A stretch of DNA of 55,173 nt, the filler included, from Bipalium vagum (taxonomy: Eukaryota), in NCBI GenBank assembly GCA_037834085.1. It is 3 parts of 3 records of this genome, joined end to end, with 100 filler letters (N's around TTAATTAATTAA, not from the genome) between each part and the next. Parts side by side here need not be neighbours in the genome. Positions count along the whole stretch, not along the records: positions 1 to 19,542 come from JBBMKC010000548.1; 2 more parts are not named here. One strand, 5' to 3'. A model generated the notes under the pieces. It was given only the letters and a program-made list of their open reading frames with translations, was not told where the DNA came from and did not search any database. Shown one piece after another: positions 1-13,500 of this stretch (its first letter is position 1; each line of letters begins with the position of its first letter). A program made the position numbers and the translations under genes.

Positions 1-2099
1 TATGTTATAAAAGATTTAATTTACCCAAATTAGTACCTAATCAATAATTTATTTTTCGTAATTATTGTAACTTTTTTAAAAAAAAAACAAATATATATTA
101 TTAAAAAAAATATCATTGCTTGAAAGAAACTACGTAAAACTCCCAGTTATACGTTAACTATTTTCGTGTTAAATACCAGATCTAAATGTGCCAAATTGTA
201 TCATGTGTATACGTCATAAATTATAAATTGAAAATGAAGTTTTTAAATGAAAATCTATTTTTGTTTAAACATTGAATTGAGCATTCAATATATAAATATT
301 AATCAAATATCTAAGTAGGATCATTTTCATAAACATATTGTTTCTTTTCGTATAACAAGAATTTTCTGTTCTGATATAACTTGAACTCAAACAAATTTTT
401 TATTTTACCAAAAGAACAAATAGTGCATGATTGATTTCAGGTCAAGGAAATGGAAATTAAGCTTGTCTTAATTCATTCAAATTTAGTTCATCTTATTTTT
501 CCATGATCGTTTTCCAAATATATTTTTATAAAAGAATCCCTTGTCCAGAAATAGCTTTGTTTTATTTTGCTCAGATACTGAATTGAAGATAAGAGCTACA
601 TTTGGTTTCTCTTTAAAATGTTTGATGCAAATATTTTCAGATATTAATAGCAATAATTAATAACAATAGTTTTTGTAGATTGGTTGAGTCTGTTGTATTG
701 AATCGTAGTAATACATGATTATTTTGTTTAATATATGAAAAATTTCATACATATGTAGTACACATATTTATTTTCATTTTAGTCCCACTTTTTCCAAAAT
801 AACAAAATCATTGTACCCAGGAAGTATTTTCTTTTCACATTAAAATTATAGATAATTACTGATTTATATATAACACACGATTTGTTTTAATTTAGTTAAA
901 TTTTTTCAATCTTTTTTCATTATTAATGATTTATTTAATTAATAATATTAATTGTAATATTGAAAAACAATCGATTACTGAGATTCGTTAAATATATCAA
1001 TACTTAATTCATCTAAAGTAGTTTTTAGTAATTATGTTTCTCAAAAAAAACTTCTGAATTTATTTATAAATGTCATCCTGTTAAGCAGTACTTAAATAAT
1101 GTAACATTTTAATAAAGTACCTGGAAGAATTTTCTACATAGTCAAATCTGTATTCGTAATTTATTCGATGATGATTAATAGAAAGTGATTAATTATGTAT
1201 AAATCTAACTTTGTGTTTTGATAAAATAATATTTTCGTGGAAATGTTATAAACCTAATTTTGTGAAATCTTGTTTTCATTAATATATAAATTTTCAAGTA
1301 CTTAATCAAATATAAGCAGAACATTCAAAGAAAAACCTAATTCAAATAGGCTCCATGATTATAATTAATAACCAAGTTAATTAATAATAGTAATGAAATA
1401 ATTATTATTGATTAATCTATCTATTCTTTTGAGTATGTTGAATTTCATTTTGTCTGATCAGTTTATTTTTCATCCGTTATAATTTTTGAAAATATATTAA
1501 AATATCAGACTGGATTATTTATATTAATCAAGGTAATCGAAAAAAAGTGAAAATTTTAAATTAAAATATTAAAAAAAATTCTTATATTTTTAAAAATAAA
1601 TTCAGTAGTATTACTCATGAGATCCTCCTTTTATTTGTTGAAAATCTTTTAAAATTAAAATTCTATATAATTAAATTTCGTCGTTATTCTTTTTATAATA
1701 ATAAACAAATAAATAAAAAACTGAAATAATAAAAATTTAAAAAGCTTCTAATGACAAATTCGTTAATTAAAATTTTTTATTTTAATAAATTATACAATTA
1801 TGTTTACTTATTAATTACTAAAATGAAAACAAATGCAACCAAAATATCACCTGTTAGAGGAAATGGTTTAACCGATTGTAACTAGAAAGTTGTTAATAAT
1901 AAGAATTATTGTGCGACAGTAAAGATGAAGATTTTTTTTTCGTGTATTTTTTAGTTTGCCTAATTAAAATGAACAAGAAGACTTTCCAAAACATTAACAT
2001 ATAATATTTGTTTAAATGCTTCAATATTTAATTCAATATTGTACTAGTATATCAATTTAAACGTTGAATCCAACCGTGTAATTTTATAAAAATTTTTAT

Positions 2100-2830
2100 T
2101 TATATTATTTGAGGTAATTAATCAATGATGAAAGTAACAAAAGCCAGATTATTTACTTTTATGAATTTAAAAGATATCTGAAAGCCTCAGAGACATTTCG
2201 AAATATGAACGAGGCATTTCGTCCGAATAAAGATAACAAACATTTCGTCAATAATTTAAGAGGGGAAACAAGAAGTTTGAAAATAAAGTACATCATCAGT
2301 CCTTGACAAAGGAAAAATTAAAAATAATAGTCGAAGCCGATTGATGCACAACACTCATACAACCTGTTAAATAATTGGATATAAGATATCCGATAGTTCT
2401 GAACCACCTTAAAGCAATAAGAAAAACCAAGAAATTTATAATAGGGTTTTGCATGAATTGAAAGAAAGAAAAAGACCTTATCAAATGTAGGTGTTGCATA
2501 TTCGTAACAAAAGTGATCATTTTCTCCACTGTATTGTGATGTGTAATGAGAACGATCATCCTATGATCAGGTCATCTGTAGTTAAACTAAGACGAAACAT
2601 TGAAACAGTACTATTTCCTAAATCATCTCAGCAACTTCTACTCCAGAAATGCTTCAAAAATTATGACGATGATGAAATGGCCTTCAAAAGAGTTTTTCGA
2701 TTTCAGAACGCTTTACTTTTATTTTGCTGGAATTAACAATTTTTTTAACTGGCAAAGAGTACAGATAATAAAGTATTATATTTTAATTAATAAACTCTAT
2801 TAAGAAAAAAACTATTTGCTTTTAAAATCA
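2100..2830 (+). mobile_element. Degenerate, internally deleted mariner (DD34D) relic; boundaries approximate
   Basis: Fragmented frames FYEFKRYLKASETFRNMNEAF, LKIIVEAD, RVLHEL (WVPHEL-like), RNKSDHFLHCIVMCNE (TCDEKW-like) and C-terminal EFFDFRTLYFYFAGINN..WQ. Many stops. Confidence 0.75.
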
Positions 2831-3708
2831 ACCAGTGAAACCAACATTTTATTTTTAATAAAATTTATTATTAATTTTATAATTTAATTTTTTTCTGGGA
2901 TTTATTTATTGTTTCACATTTGTATTTTGAGTTAATAATTTCGCTAGAATTTGTAAAAGATTACAAAAAATATTAAAAATATTTTTTGTTATTACTTAAT
3001 TAATTATTGATTTCAATGTTAATTATCAGCGGTATTTTAATTAATAATCAAAACTGTTTTCATTTTAATTTAACTTATTTTAACATGAGTTAAATAAAAT
3101 ATTTTCATTGATCTCAAACCAACTCTTTCATTGGTATTATTATTTTTATGCCGACATAATTTCTATGAATATTATTAATTCTGTTTTTGTCTTGTTCTGC
3201 CTCTTTTTTCGTGTCTATTTCAATATAAATTGTCCCTTGGTACCATAATTAAAACTCTTTTTATTCTAAAACAAAGAATAATTTTTTGTTTACTTTGCAA
3301 AACAATTAAAATGATCTCTCCTCTTGAATCTATGATAATTTTTGTTTCTAATAGCACCATTGTCGACATATGTAATATGTACCAAAGTTGCGAGTATTTT
3401 GCACTGCATTTATTTCATACAAAAATTCATTAAAATCCACTTACCTTTAAATCATGTTTATTGGATGACGTATTTTTTTCTTACTCAGTATTTTAAAGAA
3501 CATAGTCAAGTGTATCATTTGATTTTTCTTTATCATTAATGTTAATAGTTTCAAAAAATATCTAGTAAGACTTTATTTGTTCCAAAATCAACGAAAAAAA
3601 TATTATTTTTATTTCATTTAAGAGTAGTCAATTTTATTATTATTTGCTATTATTCATTACATTTATTATAATTATATTGCATATAATTTTCAAAATAATT
3701 AATTTCAG

Positions 3709-5577
3709 AAGATGCAAATGTCAGTTTGAATGAACTGAGCTCCGAATCTATTTCTATTCTGAATGATGAAGTTTTCAAATTGCTTAGTTATTTCCTTGAG
3801 ACTTCTCTTTTCAAAATGGTAGATTGGGTTAATGGTTTACATTTCTTTAAAAGTGTTGATGTAAGTCATTTTTTAATAATTATAAAGACCGAAAAATGGA
3901 CTAATCTACTAATTTATAATAATAAAAATTTCTTATTTATATTTTATTAGGTTGAATTAATCAATATTTTGAAATTCAATTAAAATTATTAGTTTATTAG
4001 CCTATGTAAATCCTGTATTTTTCATAAAATATATTGATTCTTAAAATAATCTATTTAACCTATTTTATCTCTAAAATTAAAGTGTAAATCAATTTTGGTT
4101 ACAAATAAATTTTTGTTACAAAAAGAGAAGTAAAGAACGATATGTATTAGACTAAGAAACGCAGACAATCACAGTTATTGCAATTGTCTGTCATGTTTTG
4201 GCTAAATTTAAAATTTATTTCAAAAATATTATGAAAATTATTGTTATTATTATTGTATTATTAATTATCGTAAATTATACAAGAGTGAACTATAGAAAAT
4301 CTCTAAGGTTTTCATGTGATGCGCATAATTTTAATATGGTGTATTTGAATTTGAATTCTCATTTTTTAATTTAAAGTAAACTGTCGAAATGTAATTTTAT
4401 TTTAAACCAATGATAAAAAAAATTCTTTTATCAATTTTTCTGAATGTTGGTATTATTTTAAGGCTTTTATTAAATTCTAATTTTCTCTTTATTTTTGTAT
4501 GTTAAATAGAAAAGAGAATTCCTTTTCACGTTTTCTGCATAAAATTTCAAAGTGATTTTATATGATCCTTAAGATGTTTAAAGATTGCCAGATATCACAT
4601 TTTGTGTTTATATTTGTTTTTTCTTCATTGATAAATTCTATTTTCATCAAAATAACAATTGAAGAACATTTACAGATTCACAAGAAACTAAACTGTACAA
4701 TCTGTCTCTATTATCTCTATTCAGAAAAATAAGTTCATTGTTATTGATTGATTTATGTTTCTTGATTTATTACTTTGTTATTTACCAATAGACAATAATT
4801 TGCGAAGAAAAATTATAAAAATTCCGATTAATTCAAAAGTTAAACCTGATCAACTTTTATACTTTACGAAGTTTCCATTTCAAATTTCGATCTAATTGGG
4901 TTGTTTTCAACGAAAAATCAATTTCAATAACATTTTTCATTATCTTTAAGTTATTTGAAGAGATTAAATAAAAGTAGAACAAAATCTAATATTTATATAA
5001 ATTATAATTTTATAGATAAATAAATATAAATTGATTATTTAAACTATAACCGGTTTTTAAAAAATGTCCGATTAGTGAAGGTTAATCATAGAATGATATG
5101 AAAAATTTAATAATAGATGACAATGTTTTAATAATTTACAATTTAATGATTTCTATTGAATTTATGTTTAAAAGTAAACTATTTAAAAATTATTTTTAAT
5201 TATTATTAATCAATTATTTTTAAGTGTTCATTTTCAAAAATAATATCAATAAAAGTGAATTATTATTTATATTGTTGTCTGATATAGAGACATTTAATTT
5301 CATCAGTGACCTGAGTGGTTCCGGAAGAAATGTTTTGCCTTATTAATATGAAAATTATATTAAAGCATAAATGCTAATTTTAAAAAATGAATATAGACCA
5401 TTGATTCATTTTGTTTCATTCTGAGTATTTTTTGGTGAAGAAAAAATTGGTTTCACTGATAAGTTTTTATATTGCAATGCATTTTTTTAAAGAATATTTA
5501 TAATTTATAAGTTTCATTTTATTCAGCTGTATTCTTGCACTGTTAGTAAATAATGTGGATTGCTTTTAAATAGATGT

Positions 5578-5613
<36 letters not shown>

Positions 5614-8600
5614 CTTCGTTTTTATGATTATGATTTTATTTTATAAATTTTGTTTTATGATTACAAGTTTTATTGTTTGAATAAATTTATTGCAAACTTT
5701 ATTTGATAAGCTGCAATATATACCAATTTAAATGTCATTTTTACATATTTTTAAATTTTAGATAGCATTACAAAATGAATTTAATTCTTTATCGATACTT
5801 TTTTTGGAAATAATTTTTCGTTCGCCGAAATACAAATCTTGTTAGTTACACGTTGAGGAGAAGATAAAATTACAAGTCTTCGATGAATTGAGCAAATATT
5901 TAAAGAATATCAAGATGGTAATTGTGAAATCCATGACAGGGGAGGGGAATTGGTTCCTGGCAGTCAAGAAAAATTGCAGGTGAAACAAATGCAGAGAGAG
6001 TTCATGAATTGATAGAACAGGAAATCGTCTCACCTTTAAAAAAGATTGGAGTGCAGCTAAATGCTATCAAGAAGATATTGATTAGAGATTTAAAGAAGAA
6101 ATCTGTATGCTGTAAATGGTTTTCTCATAAGTTAAGTCAAGGTATTAAGGATGATAGAGTTCAGTGTTGTAAGAAATGTTAATTACTTATTCATGGAGAA
6201 GAGGTAAACAAAATATCGTCAATATTGATGAAGTGGTGTGAAGAGATAATATACGAGCATGGATTGAGAATGCAAGAGATATGCCACTACTTCATTGGAA
6301 AATTATTTCAGATTGTAAGGTGTTCATCTTTGTTGCGTGTAATTATTTGAAATCGCTGGTTCATATTGACAGAAGATCAGTCAATGCACATCAGTAACTC
6401 AAATTTTTATGGAATATAACAGCTTTTGAGACAAATTTTTCCTGATTCTAGATAGTCGTGCAGCACGACAACGTAAGACCACATATTGCCATTTTATGCT
6501 TCTGTAAACTGTTTTTTGTAATTTAAATGATATAGAGAAAAATAATTTTTTGTGGACCCTTATAATAAATTTCAAGTTTTTTTATTATTAATAAAATTAT
6601 TGTTTTATTATTCACAAACCTTATTTCAAATTTTCTGAAGTTATTTGAATCATAAATATTTTTACGAATGACAATGACAATTGTCATTAAAATAGGACTA
6701 TTGTAAGAAGTTTTAACTCATTACTTTGATTGAAGAAGTCCGGCACAAAGTTATATACCTTGCAAAAAGATTATTTTGATCTAAAGGATGAAAATGTATA
6801 GATCAATTTAAAAGCAACGAAGATAGAGACATGTCTCAAACATGAAAACATTATAAATTAATGTTTAACTTCAAAATTTATTTCTAAGTGCAGTAAAATT
6901 TCAAAGGAAAGAAATTAGTGCTAAATCATAAAATGAAATAAAACATAGTTTTTAATATTTAGAGACATTAGTTTTTAAAAAACCATTTTCAATCTTAATT
7001 TTTTCTTAGATTACAGATCAAATGCAATTGCTTCAAAGTTCCTGGTGTGAGCTGTTACTGCTCATATATATACACCACTATCTGTTTTATTTTTCGAATG
7101 AAAATCTTTTCGTCCAGGTTTATAATTATTTTCGAATTAAATAAAAAGTACACGAAAATATCATAACTGATTCAGGTTCAGAATGCGGATCGGTACAATC
7201 TTCAATCGAGCTTATTTCTATTGAAGCTTATTGATGAAACTGAAGTTTTCGATCGAATCAATGATTTAATAGATAAATTCACAAAATTGGATTTGGACTT
7301 GATTGAATATTCTATTTTGAAATGCCTAATACTTTTTAATCAACACAAGCACGGTAATTTTATGAAATATTGATTATTTCATTGACTATCTTTATTTTAT
7401 TATTCTATTGTGATTTTATATAATTAATTTTCATGACACTGATGAATAATAAAATATTTAATAATTTTCTCAAATCATTAAATTCATTATTAGATAGATA
7501 ATCAATTATTATATTATGGTAATTAACCTATAATAATATTAAAGTAGTCAATAATAATTTTAATAATCATAAAAATTAATAAATATAAAAAAGAATATTA
7601 TTATAGTATATTAGGATAAAAGCTATAATAAATAATTATTGTTATTATCATTGTTTCAGTTTTGTAGCTTCTATAAAAATTATTTGTTTCCATAAATTGT
7701 TTTTGGGAATTTTCATTGGTCCGTTTATTATTGACTATATTTGTTATTTATATTTCTTCAGACATACTGAGTTAAGTTAATCTGTTCATTGATGTGAATA
7801 TTGATTTAATTAAAATACTTTTATTATTATTATTAAATTCAACTTTTTTCCGCTCGAGATTAATATTTTTGTTAAAGTGCCTTTGAATTTGCCATTTAAG
7901 TTATTTATATTTTGTCCAATCTATTATTTATTTTTTATTGCAGAAAATAATTTACATTATTCGTTAAAAATAATCCGATAGAAATCTGATTTTTGTTATT
8001 ATCTTTAGTTGTTTTTCCCACTGCTTTGTGTTCGATTATTTATTCTTGATCGTTTTTATATAATGTTTATCCGGATTTTAATGAGTGATATAATATTTTA
8101 GAAGTATTCCTTAAATAATTTCCTAACATCACATAGAAACGTTTTAATAAAAGATTTTTATTAGCACCTGTCTTTTGGTCGATAATATCAAGAAAAACCT
8201 TTTGAAACAGTTAAAAACTTTATTTTTTAGAAATCGAAAAGATTTTTAATTAATTTAATTAAAGAGCTTGATTATTGAAAAAAATTAAGAGAAATAAATC
8301 AAAAATCATTTTTATTTGGATATGTAATTGCTTGTAAATGAAATGTTTTTATTTAATATATCGATGGTACATTTGTAGATTATTTTTGTAGTTTATTAGA
8401 GTCGTTCTGACAATTAGCTATGGAAGTAATTTATTCTTTATGTTTTCTAAATAAGAGTGACAAAAATATCAATGAATTTAGAAGAGATCAAAAATTAGTT
8501 TTTTTGATTTTATATTAGCTGTGCTGTTGAAAATCTTTTTAATTTTTAATATGAGGAGGCTCTTGTGAGACTAAACAACATAATGACAACTATGACAATT

Positions 8601-9588
8601 TTGTCTTAAAAATTAACCACATTTATTTAGCCAATTTGCAATAAACAAAACAGTTATTATTTTAAAATGGAAATTACCAATTAATTCATAGTTCTACTCT
8701 TCTTATAAATTACCTATACTTTTACACTGACAAAAATAAANNNNNNNNNNNNNNNNNNNNNNNNNNNNNNNNNNNNNNNNNNNNNNNNNNNNNNNNNNNN
8801 NNNNNNNNNNNNNNNNNNNNNNNNNNNNNNNNNNNNNNNNNNNNNNNNNNNNNNNNNNNNNNNNNNNNNNNNNNNNNNNNNNNNNNNNNNNNNNNNNNNN
8901 NNNNNNNNNNNNNNNAGTTTAATGAATTCAAAAATCAAATCAAAACCTTAAGATTCTTTTAAAAAGGACTTTATTTTAATGAATTTGCGATAATTTTAAT
9001 TCTATCAGTTTTACTTGTTATTTATTATCAAAGAAATCAAACTGCAGTTTACATTACATGTGTATTTATTGAAAATGTTAATTCATTTGATCATTTGTAT
9101 AGGAGGAATATTTAATATTTTTAGATATTCGATTGCGGTCCAGTAATAGTCATGTGTCTGATATCCAAAAGATTATCTGTAATTGCTTGTATCTTCACAT
9201 CAAAATCTACAAATCTAAGGCTTCCTTCATTCAACCAACCGTTATGAATGACTCTGCAACGGAAAGATTTAGTTATTTATTATTACTTTTGTCCGAAGTG
9301 AAATCAGTAGCATATTTGATTGAAGAATCTTTACTACGACGATATTGGTCTGGAGCTATTCCATATCAGACATTGCTCACAGAACTATTGATAAACAAAC
9401 GCCATCAATCTATGAGAAGTAGTACTCATTATTCATGTGATTCTGACGCAGTAATGAATTCGACTAAGATCGAAGCATCAATATATAATATCAATGATGA
9501 TATAAGTGATAATAAGCATTTTTTGACTAAAGAACGAGTGAATTTATGTTTAATGAACAACAATAATTTGAACCATGATTCGATTTGA
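3709..9588 (+). CDS. ftz-f1: Nuclear receptor, NR5 (FTZ-F1/SF-1/LRH-1) family; 3' part (ligand-binding domain), DBD exons not found in the window
   Basis: GT-AG exons 3709-3860, 7010-7117, 7176-7353 and 9125-9588 join in compatible phases (0,0,1). They give ...SLFKMVDWVNGLHFFKSVD|ITDQMQLLQSSWCELLLL...|...KLDLDLIEYSILKCLILFNQ...|...ERFSYLLLLLSEVK...GAIPYQTLLTELL. This matches the NR5 LBD signature (LFxxVxW...FF...DQMxLLQxxWxELL) and the AF-2 helix (VPYNNLLIEML-like). Confidence 0.88.
4430..4980 (-). mobile_element. Possible highly decayed Tc1/mariner (rosa-like) transposase fragment
   Basis: The minus strand shows remnants resembling 'D..RR.(E)F...FSDE..F..NG.VN.QNCRIW' (aatgaagaa..aaacacaaaatgtgatatctgg). 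Heavily mutated. Confidence 0.3.
5579..5610. repeat. (TA)n microsatellite
   Basis: Perfect TA run of about 16 units. Confidence 0.95.
5780..6565 (+). mobile_element. Degenerate mariner-family relic inside a nuclear-receptor intron
   Basis: Remnants CKWFSHKL (WVPH.L), IVNIDE (TxDE) and VQHDNVRPHIA (HDNARPH). Ends in TIR-like tttgtggaccct-TA. Confidence 0.65.
8741..8915. other. Scaffold gap (175 N) within a nuclear-receptor intron
   Basis: Run of N. Exon phases on both sides stay compatible. Confidence 0.99.
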
Positions 9589-10508
9589 GACTCAAAACAA
9601 CAACAAACACAACAACGAAAACGATTATTATCTAAGGATTTGTTATTTACTTTGCCAATATTTTTTTAAAATATTTTCTAAACGCCATAAATGTTGTTTC
9701 TTAAATCCGATTTGATTGGGTTTTTTAATTTGTGACTGATTTTGTACATTTCCACCATTTTCATCTATGACCAATTGAGATATTTGACAGTCTGTGTCTT
9801 ATAAATATTTATTATTTTTTGTATAAAGGGAAAATTATTTCCAATAATAACTATGCTTGGGAATTTATTATTTCTGATTTTCTGATTGGAAATTTTTTTA
9901 AATGTTTGATAATATTATTGTTGATTGATCTTTCTATCGATCGTCAATTGAATATTTGATAATGTTTTGTTGATATAATGGATAATCGTTGAATATGGTG
10001 AGAATCAATATAAAGTAAAAGTGAATTATTGTACTATTGGATATTGTATATATATAAATTATAATTGTTTCAGATTTATGTTTAATTTCGGAACTGTGTG
10101 AATTATGGCCATTATTATCATGTATGGATGTACTCATTATTCATTATATATTAATTTTGTTTAACAACTTTGCAAAGTCAGTTTATTTTAGCCTTTTATT
10201 TAAGCATGAATTTGACAATTTAATAATAGTGCTTATTACCCCATTTGTAAATAATTGTAATTGAATACATTAATTTTTACTGCAATAATTAGTATATTTT
10301 GTCAGTTTTGTTTTCTATTTAATAAATTGAAATCTGGGTTTATATATATGATTTTAATCTTCGCTTGTACTCATTTAGAGTATCAGATGAATGGATGAAA
10401 GATCATCAAATTTTTATATTTAACAAAAGATCAAACTTTCTATTCGTAAACTCAATAACAAAAATCATTCAAATATGATACACTGTTATTTTACCAAACT
10501 ATTGAACA

Positions 10509-13500
10509 TTAAGTATCAAGACTCATCAAGAGAGCGGTTCCTCTTTTGGTCCAGTGCTCAGGTGGTTTGTCACCAGTTTTTAATTCGACGCTTTCAATAT
10601 AAGATGGCCGATCAGAAAGGCCAGCTCTATTCGGATAGTAATAGCAAGGACAAATATAGGAATCTAAAAATGTAATAGCAAGATAAATGCTTTTATTCAA
10701 AGAAATTAGAAAACAAATTCTTATAACTTGTTCAATATTGTTCAAGTCAATTGTAAATATGCAATATGTAGTAACTTAAGTTTGATTATTTAAAAAATGT
10801 AGAGAAAAGTTTTATATATAATAAACTTTAAGTGGACTTTATATTGCTTTTCATTTTAATAAAAATATTGATTTTGTGTAAATATAAAATTTTTAAACTT
10901 CCTCAACAGTTATTAAATACAGGTGAAAAATAAAACAATGAAAAGTCTATATAATTAATCTTAAGTATATATTGAATCTGTTTCTTTGGAAAATAAAAAG
11001 GTTAATGTTTTATAGGTAAGCAAATCATTTGTAATAATTTTCATTCAAGAACTTAAAATAATAATTATAATTATTATTTATTATAAGTTCATTTTATTGA
11101 CTGAAACATTAGTGATCTAAAAAGGTTTTTATTTTCGGTATCATTTAAGCTGTCTAGTTTATCTTTATGAAATGTTAGACTATAATATTTTAAAAAGTTG
11201 AAAAATTTTATATATATATAACTATGTTTATTGATAATTATGAAAAATAATTATTAACTAATTTATCTAAGTTTTTCAGAAAAATTTTCGATTGAAATAA
11301 TTGTATATTGCAAAAATCAATGAAAATAATTATATCTCTATTTTCATATCATCATAAATATCACAATATAAATAAAAGGTAGTATAATAAAAAGACAAAC
11401 TTTTCTGGGATTTCTTCTTATTTTCTACTGGTTTAAAATGAATAACAGGCATAGCACATGTTAATTCCATCGGACTGGCTTCTGTCAGAACTGAATTTTT
11501 CATGTCCCAACCAGCACCTTGAAGAAAAAGACCCTTAACATACACACCATCTTTTGGAGAAGAGGGTATATTTGCTTCAGCAATGGTAAGTACTTGAAAA
11601 TCCCAATTTAGTGCATCAACACTGATATTATTTTGTCTGGCAGATGTTTGCATAACAGCAGTAAGAAAGCCGGTTGGGAAAGTAAATGCTGATATCCAAA
11701 ATACTTTTGGTGCATGCGCTGTTATAGCCCACTTTTGAAACATTTCTATTCTATGCACCAGATCTCTGGTCCATGAAGCCAATGGTTTCATTGAAGGATA
11801 TGCCTATCATCATATCAAAATATGTCAGCGAATGTTAACCAATAGAAAATAAAAATGAAAATAAAAAATGCAATCTTTATCATTAGTGCAACTGTAAGTT
11901 CTCGGAAAAATAATAATGTTTGCCAAACAATATATGTTATTGAAAAGAAATGAGAAGAATAATATTTCTTTATTAATTTTATTGATCACAGTAATAATAT
12001 TAAGAATATGTACATCTCACTAACTGAGCAGGAAACGGAAAAACTATCGCTTTTCAATTTCAAGTGAACACAATAAAGAATTCCAGAAATGCTTTAAAAC
12101 TAATAAAATACTTTAAAACAATGAAATGAAAAAGTGTTTCTTACGAAAAGGTGAATGATTCCGGAGTGAGGTGGTTTTTATAAGCTGGTGTGATAGAATT
12201 ATTTTGTAAATCGGATGGTACTGTGGAAACCAATTGTGATTATGTATTTCATTAATTTCTGTTTATAAGTGAACTTTTGAATTTAAAATTAGTAACATAA
12301 CGAAATATCTTTCTAGATAACCAAACATTGCAAAACATCCATAATATATAATCAAACTATTCAAAATATTAAATAAATTTTAGTTATAAATAACAAAATT
12401 TCTTCAGTTCCTGAGATAATCTATAAACTTGTAAAAAATTGTAAAATATTAATTTTATTAATAATATTTTTGGACATTTTTCCTGACTTTTATTACATAA
12501 AATTAATATATATTGTTAAAACGAAATCAAAATATTTTTATCAATATGTGTTAGACTGAAAAATATGAAATAAATTTACTCTTATAACTAATATGAGAAT
12601 AAATTTATAAAATAAAATAATTTAATTAATTAAAAATTAAAATCAATCAATTTAAAATCCAGAAATAATATATCAATCCAAGATATAATTTTACATTTAT
12701 ATTTTAAGGAATATCCAGAAATTTAATTTAATTAGTAAAAAAAAGTATTTTACCCTTTAACAAAAAAAACTAATAGTTAACATTAAAAGTGATTTAATTT
12801 GAAAAAAATTGTTTATCCAGAGAAAAAATCTGAAAGAAACTGATATATCATATAAAGATGGAAAAATAATTGAATTGAAAAATAAAAAATTGTCCTAATA
12901 TTTGAGATTATCTCCTATTATTATGTAGACTGAGAATCAGAAATTGTGATTGGATATTAAATTTCAGATAGATTTTCGAGTGTTGACCAACGGATTTTGA
13001 GAGATTTACAAATATAACACTTTTTGGGATTCATAATAGCAGATTATCCAAAGATTCTCGAACTGGGAATTAATGAGAGATCCACAATAATAATTTATTA
13101 TTTATTTAAAGGATCCTATAATATTTTTCATTGAAATTTGATGAATATTATATTATTATATTATTTATATTATATTATAAACAATCAGCTTGAAGCTATA
13201 TAAAAATAAATAATGTTACCCTTCCCCATAATTTAGGAACTTTTGTATCGTAAATAGAGTCAAATATATCTTCCAGATCAGATGACATTACAACCAGACC
13301 TTGAATACCCTTTTCAAGGTCGCTAATCTGATTTCTAATCAAATCAAGTTGATCATTATAACGTTGTATTTCTTGCAACAGAACCACATTAAGAGGACAT
13401 GGATCTGTACTTAGAATCTTCACTGTTCCTTCATAATCAATATTTTCTGGTAACTGTTTCGTGATAGTTCCAGAAATTTCTAAAACCTTGTCTTCTTTTG

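Noticed and set aside
8714-8938. ORFs made of X residues
   Set aside because: Artefacts of translating the N gap.
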